A stretch of DNA of 64,000 nucleotides from Octopus sinensis (lineage: Eukaryota), in the NCBI RefSeq assembly GCF_006345805.1, contig NC_042998.1, forward strand, positions 164,114,001 through 164,178,000, written 5' to 3'. The notes beneath the pieces are model-generated. The model was not told the DNA's origin. It was given only the letters and a program-made list of their open reading frames with translations, and did no database searches. Made by a program: the position numbers and the translations under genes. Of this stretch, positions 51,368 to 63,881 are shown in pieces. Numbering within the stretch: the first letter of the stretch is position 1; the number at the start of each line of letters is the position of its first letter.

Positions 51368-52295
51368 TCAATCAATGTACCCTTCCCTCTCCACTTGTTC
51401 CCTACCTATTATTCCTTTAACCCTTCTCTTCCTACTATCTATCTTTGACGTCAATTCTTCTGACGGTTTTTTTAAAAACACTATCGTTTTGTTTACCATG
51501 TAGGCAGTCATCGGAATTTTTGTTTGTCTTGTTGTCGAGAGAGGCTCCCTTTCTTTCCTGATGAGAAGATTGCATAATGCACCATTTATTCCTTTGGAAT
51601 GAAACCATGTTGTCTTCGAAACATATGTCGAGAGTAAAGGAATTTTGTTAACATCTTCGTTCGACTCCATTCTTTCATTTATTTATATATTCTTGAGAAC
51701 ATACTCCTCGTGGTAAGGTGATTTGATGTCTATCTTTAGCATATTAGGAGTCCACCTTGGTGGTCATTCCTCTTAATTTTGTAATATAATTTTTAATCTT
51801 CGGATTTTTTAAATATGCTAAGCCACTGATTTTAATTTATTAATATCAATTTCTACCCTCATTATTCAATTTTTAAATAACAATGTTCTCTAACCGGTAA
51901 ATTAGCCGCAGAAATGTATTAACTGCAGAATTATTTCCGGCCTCAGTGCGCCAAAAATGAAGACATTTGAAAAATACCCCCAAATAATTGCAGAACTTTA
52001 TACATACTTTCTTTCGGGTGAGCTTTCTGTGTCTAGTTCTGAAAATTGTGTTTTGTAAGCGACGGACTACGCTAATGAGCTTGCAGATATTTACATTCGT
52101 AAATATTAACAAGCGAAATCATTGGTACGTAGGTAATCATTTTTTATTTCGTATATTTTCATTTGTCTTTATACTTTTACATTCTGGCGTTTTGCTGAAA
52201 GTTTTCTTGAGAACACATTCTTCGTGGTAAGGCGACTTGACGTCTATCTTTAGCATATTAGAAGTCCACCTTGGTGGTAATTCCTCTTAATTTTG
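51368..52295 (-). mobile_element. Inverted 5' portion of the same PLE family, with a ~100 bp direct repeat
   Basis: The ORF MESNEDVNKIPLLST matches MASNEDVNKIPLLST at 50447. 51625-51689 matches the reverse complement of 50428-50492 at 62 of 65 positions. 51690-51790 is repeated at ~52200-52295. Confidence 0.65.
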
Positions 52296-52917
52296 TATGT
52301 TATATATATATATACATGATGTGTCCTCCCTGCTGCTTGACAACCCATGTTGATATGCTTGCCTCTTCGTAACTTAGTGGTTCGGCATTGAAATTTATAG
52401 AATATGTACCAGGCTTGGCTTTAAACAAAGAAGTAAATACTGAGGTCAATTCGTTCGACTGAAATTCTTCAAGGCGGTGCCCCAGTATGACCGTAGTCTA
52501 ATGACTGAAACAAGTAAAAGATATAGATAAAAGATACGCACTTGCACACATACACACATGTGTAACGGAAATGTTTCAGCGACATTCATCGTTTCCTAAA
52601 GATAACGTTCATCGTTGCTTTTGTATATGATTTATTATTAAACCTGGCTAATCCATGGTTTCCAAGCATTGACTGATTGTACTTACTATGGTATAATATT
52701 AACCTGACACTACCTGACAGGTTGACTGATAAATAATTTCGCACCAGTAAAATGGTATTTGACATGTACCGTAGAGCATTTATCTAAGAATGTATTATGT
52801 AATAAAAAAAACTCTACACCCTCTGTTCAATAATTGAGGCCGCTTTTACAGGGTGGTTCTGCCAGAAAGAAGCTTTAAACAAATCTCATTCTTACAACTT
52901 GGTATTGTTTTCATATC

Positions 52918-53027
<110 letters not shown>

Positions 53028-53121
53028 AATGACCAAAGAAATATATAAACAAGCTGACGGTCATAGAATTTTCTTTTCATCTTAGATCTTCTCGAACAGG
53101 TGTCACCTGTGGCTAAATAAT

Positions 53122-53334
53122 CCTTTCTATTGGAAGCACAAGGCCTCAAATTTGTGGGGAAATGACTAGTCGATTACATCAACCCCAGTGTTTCACTGGT
53201 ATCTAATTTATCGACCCCGAAAAGATGAAAGGCAAAGTCGACCTCGATAGAATTTGTAATCAGAACGTAACGGCAGACGAAATACCGCTAAGGATTTCGC
53301 CTGGCGTGCTAACGATTCTGCCAGCTTGCCGCTT
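53122..53334 (-). mobile_element. SINE family B with a 17 bp TSD (1 mismatch)
   Basis: ACCTGTGGCTAAATAAT at 53105-53121 and ACCCGTGGCTAAATAAT at 53335-53351. Confidence 0.9.
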
Positions 53335-53351
53335 ACCCGTGGCTAAATAAT

Positions 53352-53700
53352 GGCAGCAAGAGCAACAACAGCAACACTACCAGCAACAACACAAACAACA
53401 GCAACAGCAGCCATCCAAGAATTTGGACATGGAGATCTCCGTTTCCAGCGACATCGAGGGCCACCTCCCAGTGGTGTCGGACGTCAACGAAGAGCCCTCG
53501 ACTACTAGATGCCCAAAGTTTTTTTTTTTCTCCAAGGTCTGGAGTCTCCCGCTCCTAAGCCCTAGACCATCACCTATTCACCTTTGCCCATCTTGTTGCT
53601 TAACAACAACAACAACAGCAACAGCAAGCAATTTTCTTGCAAGCCACTGAAGCGACCTCTTCATAGATATCTGACTTGCAAGAATCAAATGCCCAATCTT
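53352..53700 (+). other. Coding-like Q-rich island, possible exon or gene fragment (unassigned)
   Basis: An open frame gives QQEQQQQHYQQQHKQQQQQPSKNLDMEISVSSDIEGHLPVVSDVNEEPSTTRCPK. It is GC-richer than its flanks. I recognise no homologue, and there is an in-frame stop just upstream. Confidence 0.25.
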
Positions 53701-54518
53701 CTTCAAATTATAGCGCATTGTTTTAAAAACAGTGAGGATGGCTTAAATAATAATGTAACCTACTTCTTCAGAGACAAAACCAATAAGAAAAAAATAACGC
53801 GACTGGAATTATTTGATTATAGTTACCCTTGATAAAATTTTACCTGGAGTTAAACAAGAACAATAACTAGTTTCCTATGCATATGGTTTAGCCACACTGT
53901 AAAAAAATAAAGTTGTTACCCTTCAGATTTTTACAAGTGCAACGTTAAGTAGTTAATCCACAATTCACTTTCTCAGCACATACAAAATGCTAAACGTTTA
54001 TAATTTTACCGATGGACAGAACATGGCGATACATTTTCTGGTGAGGAGCAAGGAAAGAATAGAAGTTCGTGAAATCGACCAAAGTTTTTCTATTTTATTA
54101 TGCTGACACCAAAGAAATAAAATATGTGATGTAATAAAGTTGTTTACTTTTCACAGCTGGTTAACGTGTATGTTGTTTGTATGTGTGCGAGTGTGTGTGT
54201 ATGTGTGTGTGTGAGAAAATAGGAGCTGGTAGGATATTTTCGGCATTATTTATCCAGCTTTACATGTGTTTCATTTGCTAGTAGGAGTTACAAAATTGTA
54301 CCTATGGAAAAAAAGGTAAAATATCTCCTACTGGAAATTCTTCAAACATTATCAAATAGTATTTTTGATTCTCTATCTAAATTTTGCGACTCCTATCAGC
54401 AAACGGAACACGTGTAATTTTGAATAAATAATAGCAAAACATTTTCTCAATTTCCTGTTTTGGTATTAATTACTTTACAAATTTCAGTACTTTTCAACTC
54501 ATGCTTGCCTCAAATATT

Positions 54519-54553
<35 letters not shown>

Positions 54554-54569
54554 ACGCGCGCGCGTGTAT

Positions 54570-54805
54570 ATATTCTTTAACTTGATTCAGTCATTTTGAC
54601 TGCGGCCACGCTGAAGTACCACTTTGAAAAGTTTTAGTGGAACAAATTAACCCAGGACTTATTTTTTCTAAAGATTAATACTTGTTCTATCAGTGTCTTT
54701 CTTCCCCCTACCACTAGTTTATGGGGACGTAAACACACCAATACCGGCTGTCAAGCGTTAATGGGGGAATAAACACAGATACGAAGACACACACACACAC
54801 ACATC

Positions 54806-54879
<74 letters not shown>

Positions 54880-54951
54880 AGATAGATAGATACGCACACT
54901 CACACACGCACACACACACATATATATGTATATACGACGGGCTTCTTCCAG
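54570..54951 (-). mobile_element. SINE family A 3' half
   Basis: Runs from CTGGAAGAAGCCCGTCG to the tail on the minus strand. Confidence 0.8.
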
Positions 54952-55060
54952 CTTCTTATGTTCTTTGTGGAGAGTGGTTCTTCGACGGAGTGATATTCCT
55001 GTTTGGCCAATATAATGATTACCACACCCTAAGCATGTAATGACACCGTGTAATTTCATT
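54952..55060 (-). mobile_element. Penelope-like GIY-YIG fragment (different subfamily)
   Basis: VITCLGCGNHYIGQTGISLRRRTTLH on the minus strand. Confidence 0.75.
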
Positions 55061-55249
55061 CATATCACTCTATCTGCTATTTTTATCTCTACCTCTCTTG
55101 GATTTTTTATCTACGTCTCTCATTTATTGACACCTTCATTCGCCCTTTTCCTTACTTCAGATCCCTTACTCTATCTGTTTCATGCATTAAATAAGCTTTC
55201 TGTATTTTCGTCCCCTTCACAATTTCTTTCTTCCTTCCTCACCCACTTC

Positions 55250-55315
<66 letters not shown>

Positions 55316-56041
55316 CACTCTCCCCGCCTCTCTCTGTCTTTTCTCTTTATTTCTTTGCTTCTTCCTTCCTTTTTTCTTTCCTTCTCTCTTTCTCTCTCTC
55401 TCTTTCTTCTGTTACTCCCTAAACTGTTTAAATATTGTTATTATTCGCGTCCTCCAAAAATGCCTATAATAGAAAAGATTGACTGGCTCATAATTGAGTA
55501 CTGAGGTCGGAGGGGTCAACTGAGTACTGAGGTCGGGAGGAGGGGTCAATTGAGTACTGAGATCGTTGTAATTGAATTATCCCCGCCCCCAAATTTTAGG
55601 CTTTGTGCCTTTAGTAGAAAGGACTATTATTGTTGTTGTTATTAATCTATGTATATCTACATAATCTATTTACATATTGCACTTTCTCTTCTGTTTTCTG
55701 AACTTGAGGCGTGGTCGTGTGGCAAAAAGTTTCCTTCCCAACCATACGGCCCGAGGTTCGGTCCCACTGCGCGGCTCCCTTGCGCAGGTGGCAGCTATTA
55801 TGGCCCGAGCGTCGACCAAGTCCTTGTGAATGGATTTGGTAGTCGGAAACTGAAAGAAGCTCGTCGTGTGTGGGAGTATTCATACACAAGGAAGCACATA
55901 AATGCAGAACAAAGTGGACAAATTTAGTACTCGAATACCAAAGAGTACTTAAGAGTTAGACAAAGTATGTAATTTTATATTAAGTGTGTTAAATGCTAAA
56001 GTGTCAGTCAGCACAAATTCTTTGTGTGTGTGTGTGTGTGT

Positions 56042-56105
<64 letters not shown>

Positions 56106-56220
56106 GCCTGTTTCTCAACTACATGGTTCTGGGTTGAGTCCCACTGCATGACACCTTGGGCAAGTGTCTTATAGTCTAGGGCCGACCATAGCCTTGTGAG
56201 TGGATTTGGTAGGTGGAAAC

Positions 56221-58610
56221 CGTCTCCCCCGCACCGCATCCAACCTAATTGTGCGAACCCCACGTACCCCCACCATTTACTTCCTCCCCCAAATCCACAA
56301 ACCCAACAACCCTGCCCGCCCCATCGTCTCCGCCTGTAACTGCCCCACGGAGCTCATCTCTAAATAACTCGACCGTGTTCTTGCCCCCCTAGTGGCATCT
56401 CTTCCCTCCCCACATCCACACGATACCAACCATGCTCTCCGGATTTTCAACTCTTCTCCTTCCTCCCGGCTCCTCCAAAATCCTTTTTACTATGGGACAT
56501 CCAAAGCCCCTCTATACTGTTATCCCTCACCACGAAGGACTGCAGGCCTTCGACACTTCTTGACCTCCGCTCTAACCCTGTACCTGACACCTCCACACTC
56601 ATTCGTCTGGCCGAACTTGTCCTTACTCTGAACTGCTTCTCGTTCGCGGGCGAGTTCTACATCAGGTCGGGGTGGCCATGGGAAAGTGGCCATGGGAACG
56701 CGAATGGGCCCCAACTATGCGAACCTGTTCGTTGGCTATGTTGAGGCCCCCAAATATTCTCTAATTTCACTGGTCCCCACTCCTGAAACTATATGGTCGT
56801 TACATTGACGACATTATCGGTGCCACCTCACTCTCCCGCGAACATCTAGATTCCTTCCTCTCTTTCGTCCAATCTTTCCATCCAGCCCTCCACTTCACTT
56901 CCACTATCTCCAACACCTCTGTCTCCTTCCTCGACATTTCGGTTAGCATTCTTCACTCCACTCTTACCACCTCCATTCACTACCAAACACACAGACTCAC
57001 ACTCATACCTCAACTTCTCTTCCTCCCACCCAGAACACACCAAGCTTTCCATCCCCTATTCCAAATTCCTCCGTCTACGTAGGCTCTGTAGTGACGACCA
57101 TGTACTTTGAGACTCAGTCTCAACGTAGTGACTCACCATTCTCACCATTCAACGTGGATACCCCCCCTCACCACTATCCACACCGCCCTTGCCAGAGCAC
57201 GGTCCGTGGACCGTGTATCTGCTGCTCTCTCTCCCGAACCCGCCCTGTAGTCTCCCGCCTCCCTTTTCCCCTCCCTTACCACCCCACGACCCTACGTCTC
57301 CAATGCACCATTCTTCGAGCTTTCCGTCATCTCCAGTCCCGACCCGTCCACTTCAAACCTCTTCCCTAACCGACCCACCCTCTTTCAAACGAGCCCAAAA
57401 CCTTCGAGACCTTTTGGTCCATAGCTCCTTCCCTGACCCTACCTCCCAAACCCGGTTCGTTCCCCTGCTCACACGCCCACGTTGGCGCACGCCCTTACCT
57501 CTCCAAACACACCCGCCTCACTAGCACCCACCATCGACCCTATCCCATCATCCACTCCTTCACCTGCACCTCCAGCAATATTATTATTGCATCTCTTGCT
57601 CTCTCTGCAATTCCTGTGTACATCGGACAACGGGACGCGCCGCTTGGCTGGACCGGTTCGCGGAACACCTTCGTGACATCCACCTTGCGAACGACACACC
57701 GGTCTCACGCCATTTCCGCTCCACCGGTCACTCCTTTGCATGCAACACCTATCTGTGTCGGTTTGTCCTTACACAGAGGCCATCCGGATTCCGTTTCGTT
57801 GCGCCGTGAACAGGAATTAATCTTCTCTCTTCGCTCTATACGCCATTTGGTCTCAACTCTCCCCCCTCCTCATCTAACCCCCCTCTTCCCCCCTCCTCAC
57901 CTATCCTTTCCCCCCGGACCCCTACTTCTCAGTCCTTCATCCTTTCACCCCTACTCCCCCTCCCTTCTTCCCTCTTTCTCCCCTCCTTCTTCCCGTTCCC
58001 TCTGCTCCCTCACTCCCTCTCTCCCCCTCTCCCTCTTTCCTCCTTCATCCCTCCTCCCTCCTTCTCTTCTCCCCCCTCCTCTCCTCTTCCCCCCTCTCCT
58101 CCCCCTCTTCTTCCCCTCTTCTTCCCCTCCCCTTCTCCCCCACCTCTTCCCCCCTCCCCCTCTTCTCCTCACTACACCACATGACTTTACACATCACATC
58201 ACATATGATGTGCCCATAATAATACACACCACCAAACTAATACATACTAATACGTACTAATACATACTAGTACATACTAATACATACACCAACCCTATAC
58301 ATACACACGCCCAGACCCCGCATACGCACTTATACTCTCTCATACACACACACACACACTATCATACATACCAATACGTACTAATACATACTAATACATA
58401 CTAATACATACACCAACCCCATACATACGCAGTCCAGACCAATCTACGCCACACTAATACTCTCTCATACACACACACACACACACACACACACTTATAC
58501 ATACTAATACATACACCAACCCTATACATACACACATCCAGCGCCATACTAATACAATTGTTCGTTTGTTTTCCACCTGCCTTCGTCTTTTGTTTATTTT
58601 CATAAAGCTT
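56221..58610 (+). mobile_element. Penelope-like element (RT + GIY-YIG), 5'-truncated and heavily frameshifted
   Basis: PRTPTIYFLP/KIHKPNNPARPIVSACNCPTELIS, GVAMGTRMGPNYANLFVGYVE (~56690), RYIDDI (56801-56812), SFLDISV, IPYSKFLRLRRLCSDD and FTCTSSNIIYCISC...YIGQ...RRL..RFAEHLRDI, followed by a C-rich and decamer-repeat 3' region. Confidence 0.93.
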
Positions 58611-58615
58611 CCCGT

Positions 58616-58654
<39 letters not shown>

Positions 58655-58864
58655 GTATATATTTATGTGTGCATATGTTTGTGTCTGTACAGCCGACATC
58701 GCTTGACAATTGATGCTGGTGTGCTTATGTCCCCGAAATCAAGCGGCAGAATAAGTACTAGGCTTGCGAAGAATAAGGCCTGGGATTGAGTTCTTCGACT
58801 GAAACATTTTAAGGCGGTGCTCCAGCATGGCCGCAGTCAGAATGACTGAAACAAGTAAAACAAT

Positions 58865-58898
<34 letters not shown>

Positions 58899-59057
58899 AT
58901 ACACACGCACATGTGTGTGTGTGAGTGAGTGTGTGTGTATCGTTGGCGATTTTCTTTCTCCGTCTAGTGTAGTGTTTCTCCAATAACACTACACTTGTTC
59001 CACGTCCTCGCGTTGTTGTGTTTTCTTTTTGTTCATGTTTGGATTAACTATATATAT

Positions 59058-59144
<87 letters not shown>

Positions 59145-59702
59145 CGACAGGCTTCTTTCAGTTTCCGTCTACCAAATCCACTCACAAGGCTTTGGTCGAC
59201 CCGGGACTATAGTAGAAGACAGTTACCCAAGGTGCCACGCAGTGGGAATGAACCCGGAACCATGTGGTTGGTAAGGAAGCTACTTACCACACAGCACTCC
59301 TGCGCCTACAGTAAATTTTTCAGTTATAAATTTTTTACAATATTCGTATGCCTATTTGGGACAGGTCGCGTTTCCACTAGGACTGAAAACGGTTGGACTC
59401 GAATAGATACCACCCCTTTGAGACCCAACTACAATCTAACTGAAAAATATAGAATACCTCATGTGCAATATAAAACGTTCTACAATCAGAGACGGCGTTT
59501 AAGAAGATGTTACGCGTTAATTTAACGTGTTAAATTTATCTTTATTAATGTATATCAAAATATACAAGATCTACACAGATATAAGAGTGAAAACTTGTGA
59601 TCCGCCCGCGGACTGTTTTCTTTGGGAATTTTTGCCCGCTGCACTAAGAAGGTCCCCACCCCTAGTATAGAGGAAATCATTAGATTATTGGAAATTGTTT
59701 TT

Positions 59703-59749
<47 letters not shown>

Positions 59750-59843
59750 ATTCATCATTATTATATATTATATTATATTATTATTATTATTATTATTATT
59801 GTTATTATTATTGTTATTGTTATTATTATTATTATTATTATTA

Positions 59844-59901
<58 letters not shown>

Positions 59902-59914
59902 ACTAAGCACACGA

Positions 59915-60471
59915 CAGCGAGCTGGCAAAAACGTTAGTGGGCCGGGCGAAATGCGTAGCCGTATTTCGTCTGCCGTTATGTTCTGAGTTCAAATTCTGCC
60001 CAGGTCGACTTTGGCTTTCATCATTTCGGGGTCGATTAAATAAGTACCAGTTACGCACTGGGGTCGATATAATCGACTTAATCCCTTTGTCTGTGCTTGT
60101 TTGTGTCCTCTGTGTTTAGCCCTTTGTGAGTAGTAAAGAAATAGGTATTTCGTCTGCCGCTACGTTCTGAGTTCAAATTCCGCCGAGGTCGACTTTGCCT
60201 GTCATCCTTTCGGGGTCGATTAAATAAGTACTAGTTACGCACTGGGGTCGATATAATCCTTGTTTGTCCTCTCTGTGTTTAGCCCCTTGTGGGTAGTAAA
60301 GAAATAGGTATTTCGTCTGTCTCTACGTCCTGAGTTCAAATTACGCCAATGTCGACTTTGCGTTTCATCCTTAGGGTTCGATAAATTAAGTACCAGTTGC
60401 GTAATGGGGTCGATCTAATTGACTAGTCTCTTCCCACTAAATTTTCAGGCCTTGTGCCATTAGTAGGATGG
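59915..60471 (+). mobile_element. Head-to-tail trimer of SINE family B bracketed by one 14 bp TSD
   Basis: Monomers start at 59915, 60145 and 60308. ATTATAACTAAGCA is at 59896-59909 and 60472-60485. Confidence 0.88.
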
Positions 60472-60579
60472 ATTATAACTAAGCATAAAAACAGGCATTA
60501 ATCCCCACACACACACAGACGCATATTTATATATATATATATATATATACATCATATACATATATATATATTTATTATA

Positions 60580-60645
<66 letters not shown>

Positions 60646-60996
60646 GCCGAACCGCTAAGTTACAGAGACGGAAATACACCAATACTGGTTGTCAAACGGG
60701 GGCACAGAAACAAAGACGACAATCGAAAAGGGGAGTAGATGAAACAGGGACAACTGATGAAGGGGAATATTTTTTATGTTGCATGTTTCGTTTCTCTGGG
60801 TTTGTTTTTCATTTTTCGGAAAAAAAAGTTCGTTTTCTATGTTTTTGTTTTTATGTTTTCGTTTCTCATTGTGTTCAAAGTTCTTTTTTTTTTGATGTCC
60901 TGTACTCATATATGCATGTATATATACATATATATGTAGGTATGTTCATATATGTATGTATATATGCATATTTTATATTATTATTCATATTATATA

Positions 60997-61029
<33 letters not shown>

Positions 61030-61043
<14 letters not shown>

Positions 61044-61343
61044 CACGTGATCACGTGACCGACCAGACCATCAGATGTTGTTACACATCGCTGGTCACAA
61101 TGCGTTCGCTGTTTTAGCCTTAGAATGACGCCACCCCGCTGGCTAAGCGAGCAGGCCAACAGAAGAAGAAAGAGTGGGAGAAAGAGTAGTACAGCAGGGA
61201 TCACCACCCCCTACCGGAGCCTCGTGGAGCTTTTTATTTAGGTGTTTTCGCTCAATAAACACTCACAACGCCCGGCCTGGGAATCGAAACCGCGATCCTA
61301 CGACCGCGAGTTCGCTGCACTAACTACTGGGTCATTGCGCCTC

Positions 61344-61346
<3 letters not shown>
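61030..61346 (-). mobile_element. A fourth tRNA-head SINE family (single copy)
   Basis: The minus strand reads GTGGAGGCGCAATGACCCAGTAGTTAG...GGTTTCGATTCCC (A/B-box-like), then a distinct body ending in ...GGTCACGTGATCACGTGATA. Confidence 0.7.
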
Positions 61347-61407
<61 letters not shown>

Positions 61408-61929
61408 TTTTCGTGTGTTTGTCCCCTACAATCTCTTGCCAACGGGTGTTGATTTGTTTAGGCCCCGTAAACTAGTAGTTCGGTAAAAAGAAACTGGTTG
61501 GATAAGTATCAAGCTTAAAGATAAGTTCAGGGGTCGATTTGTTCGGCCAAACCCTTCAAAGTGGTGCCCCATCCTCATAACTGAAACAAGTAAAAGGTAA
61601 ATATCAAAAGACATACATGTTCATCACCTCTTTCTAACTGGAACACACACGCACGCTGCTACGCACACACGCACTCACACACACACATCCACACACACCC
61701 GCACGCAGGCGAGAGAATGCTTTAGTCGTGAAAATAAAGTAAAGCAATGAGGGAAAAGGGTGAATTAATTTATTTTGCTTTCTTTCGTCACTTTCTTTTT
61801 TCCTCTGTCATTCTTATCCCTTCGCTCTCCTAATTTTTCTCTAGGCCGGTTTAAACATCTCTCTTTCTCTCTCTCTCTCTCTGAAACACACACACACTTT
61901 CTCTCTCTCCTCCCTTCATGTGTATGTTA

Positions 61930-61970
<41 letters not shown>

Positions 61971-62044
61971 GTGGTGCTCCAGCATGGCCACAAGTCAAAT
62001 GACTGAAACACAGTAAAGTATATATATTATATATATAATATATA

Positions 62045-62089
<45 letters not shown>

Positions 62090-62359
62090 TATTATTATAT
62101 ATATATATTATATATATATATATATATATACAAACATATATATATATATATCTTTAAAATCCTTAAATCCTTAAAAAGTTTTAGTCCGAAGGCGCGGCCA
62201 TGCTGGGGCAACACACATTTAGTATGTCCTTTGATTAATTATATACATATATATATATATGTTTGTGTGTGTGTGTGTGGTGTGTGTGTTGTGTGTGTGT
62301 GTGTGTTAATATATATATATATATATATTAATATAATATATATATATATATGTTTCTGG

Positions 62360-62707
62360 CATTTGACTGCGGCCATGCTGGAGCATCTCCTTGAAGGGTC
62401 TTAGTCGAAGGAATCGATCCCATGGGCTTATTTTTTAAAGCCTAGTGCATATTCTTTTGGTTCTTCTGCTGAACAGCTAGGTTATGGAAATGCAAACACA
62501 CCGACACCGGTTGTCATACGATGAAGGGAGGAACAAGCACAGACACAAAGATACACACACGTAGTTTCCGTCTACTAAATCCATTCATAAACCTCTGGTC
62601 AGCCCGAGGCTACAATCGAAGTCATGTGCCCAAGGTGTCACGCAGTGGAACTGAACCTAGAATCATGTGCTTGGGAAGCAAGCTTCTTACCACACACACC
62701 TGCGCCT
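62360..62707 (-). mobile_element. SINE family A, diverged
   Basis: Colinear on the minus strand, ending GGCGCAGG. Confidence 0.8.
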
Positions 62708-62806
62708 ATATATATTATATATATATATATTATAATATATATATATGTACATGTATAGATATATACATACGTGTGTATGTATTATATATAATATATAGAT
62801 ATATAT

Positions 62807-62845
<39 letters not shown>

Positions 62846-63003
62846 ACATGTATAGATATATACATACGTGTGTATGTATGTATATATATAATATATATAA
62901 TGTCTATATATACATATATATATATATATTCATACATACATACATACACACACACACACGCACATATATATATATATGTATATATTATATATATATACTA
63001 TAT

Positions 63004-63039
<36 letters not shown>

Positions 63040-63235
63040 CATGTGTGTGTATGTGTCTGTGCTTTATATGTCACTTGTTTCAGTCATAAGAATGTGGCCA
63101 TGCTGTAGGACCTCCTTGAAAAGTTTAGTCGAGCAAATCGACCCCAGTAGTGCTTTTTTTTTCTTTAAATAAGACTGGTAGTTTCTCTATAGGAGTCTTT
63201 ATGCCGAACCGCAAAATTAAGGGAGCGTAAAAAGG

Positions 63236-63276
<41 letters not shown>

Positions 63277-63289
63277 TGTGTGTGTGTAT

Positions 63290-63510
63290 GTGTTTGGTGT
63301 GTATTTGTGTGTCTGTGTTTGTCCCTCCACTATTGCTAGACAACCGATGTTGGTATGACTACGTCCTCGTAACCAAGCGGTTCAGCAAAAGAGACCAATA
63401 GAATAAGCGCTAAACTTATAAAGAATAAGCCCTGGGGTCAATTAGTTCGACTGAAGGCGGTGCTCCACTATGGCCGCAGTCAAATGACTGAAACAAGTAA
63501 AAGAATAACA
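63290..63510 (+). mobile_element. SINE family A 3' half
   Basis: CTAGACAACCGATG...GGCGGTGCTCCA...TGACTGAAACAAGTAAAAGA. Confidence 0.85.
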
Positions 63511-63881
63511 GAATATACAACGTCATACACATACAGATCTATATATAAGTTTTTAGAATTTGAACTCGAAGCAGATGAAGCTATTAGTAATAGCATACAA
63601 GTTTTGGGTTGAACAGCCCCTTGGATAGAAACGGCAAGAGGTTGAGCATCGTGCCACGAACCTGGGGTGTAGGGTTTTTAAACCAAATATTGTTACGCTA
63701 CTATTTATAGCTTATATGCTTCGATACCCAACGTTCCAAAGTTGAACCATTTCTTGTTCTCTCGAAGTTAGAATTCTTGTGATGTGAACAACTCACACAC
63801 GCACACATACACACACACACATACATACATACATACATACTACATAATACATACATATATATATATACATATATATATATA

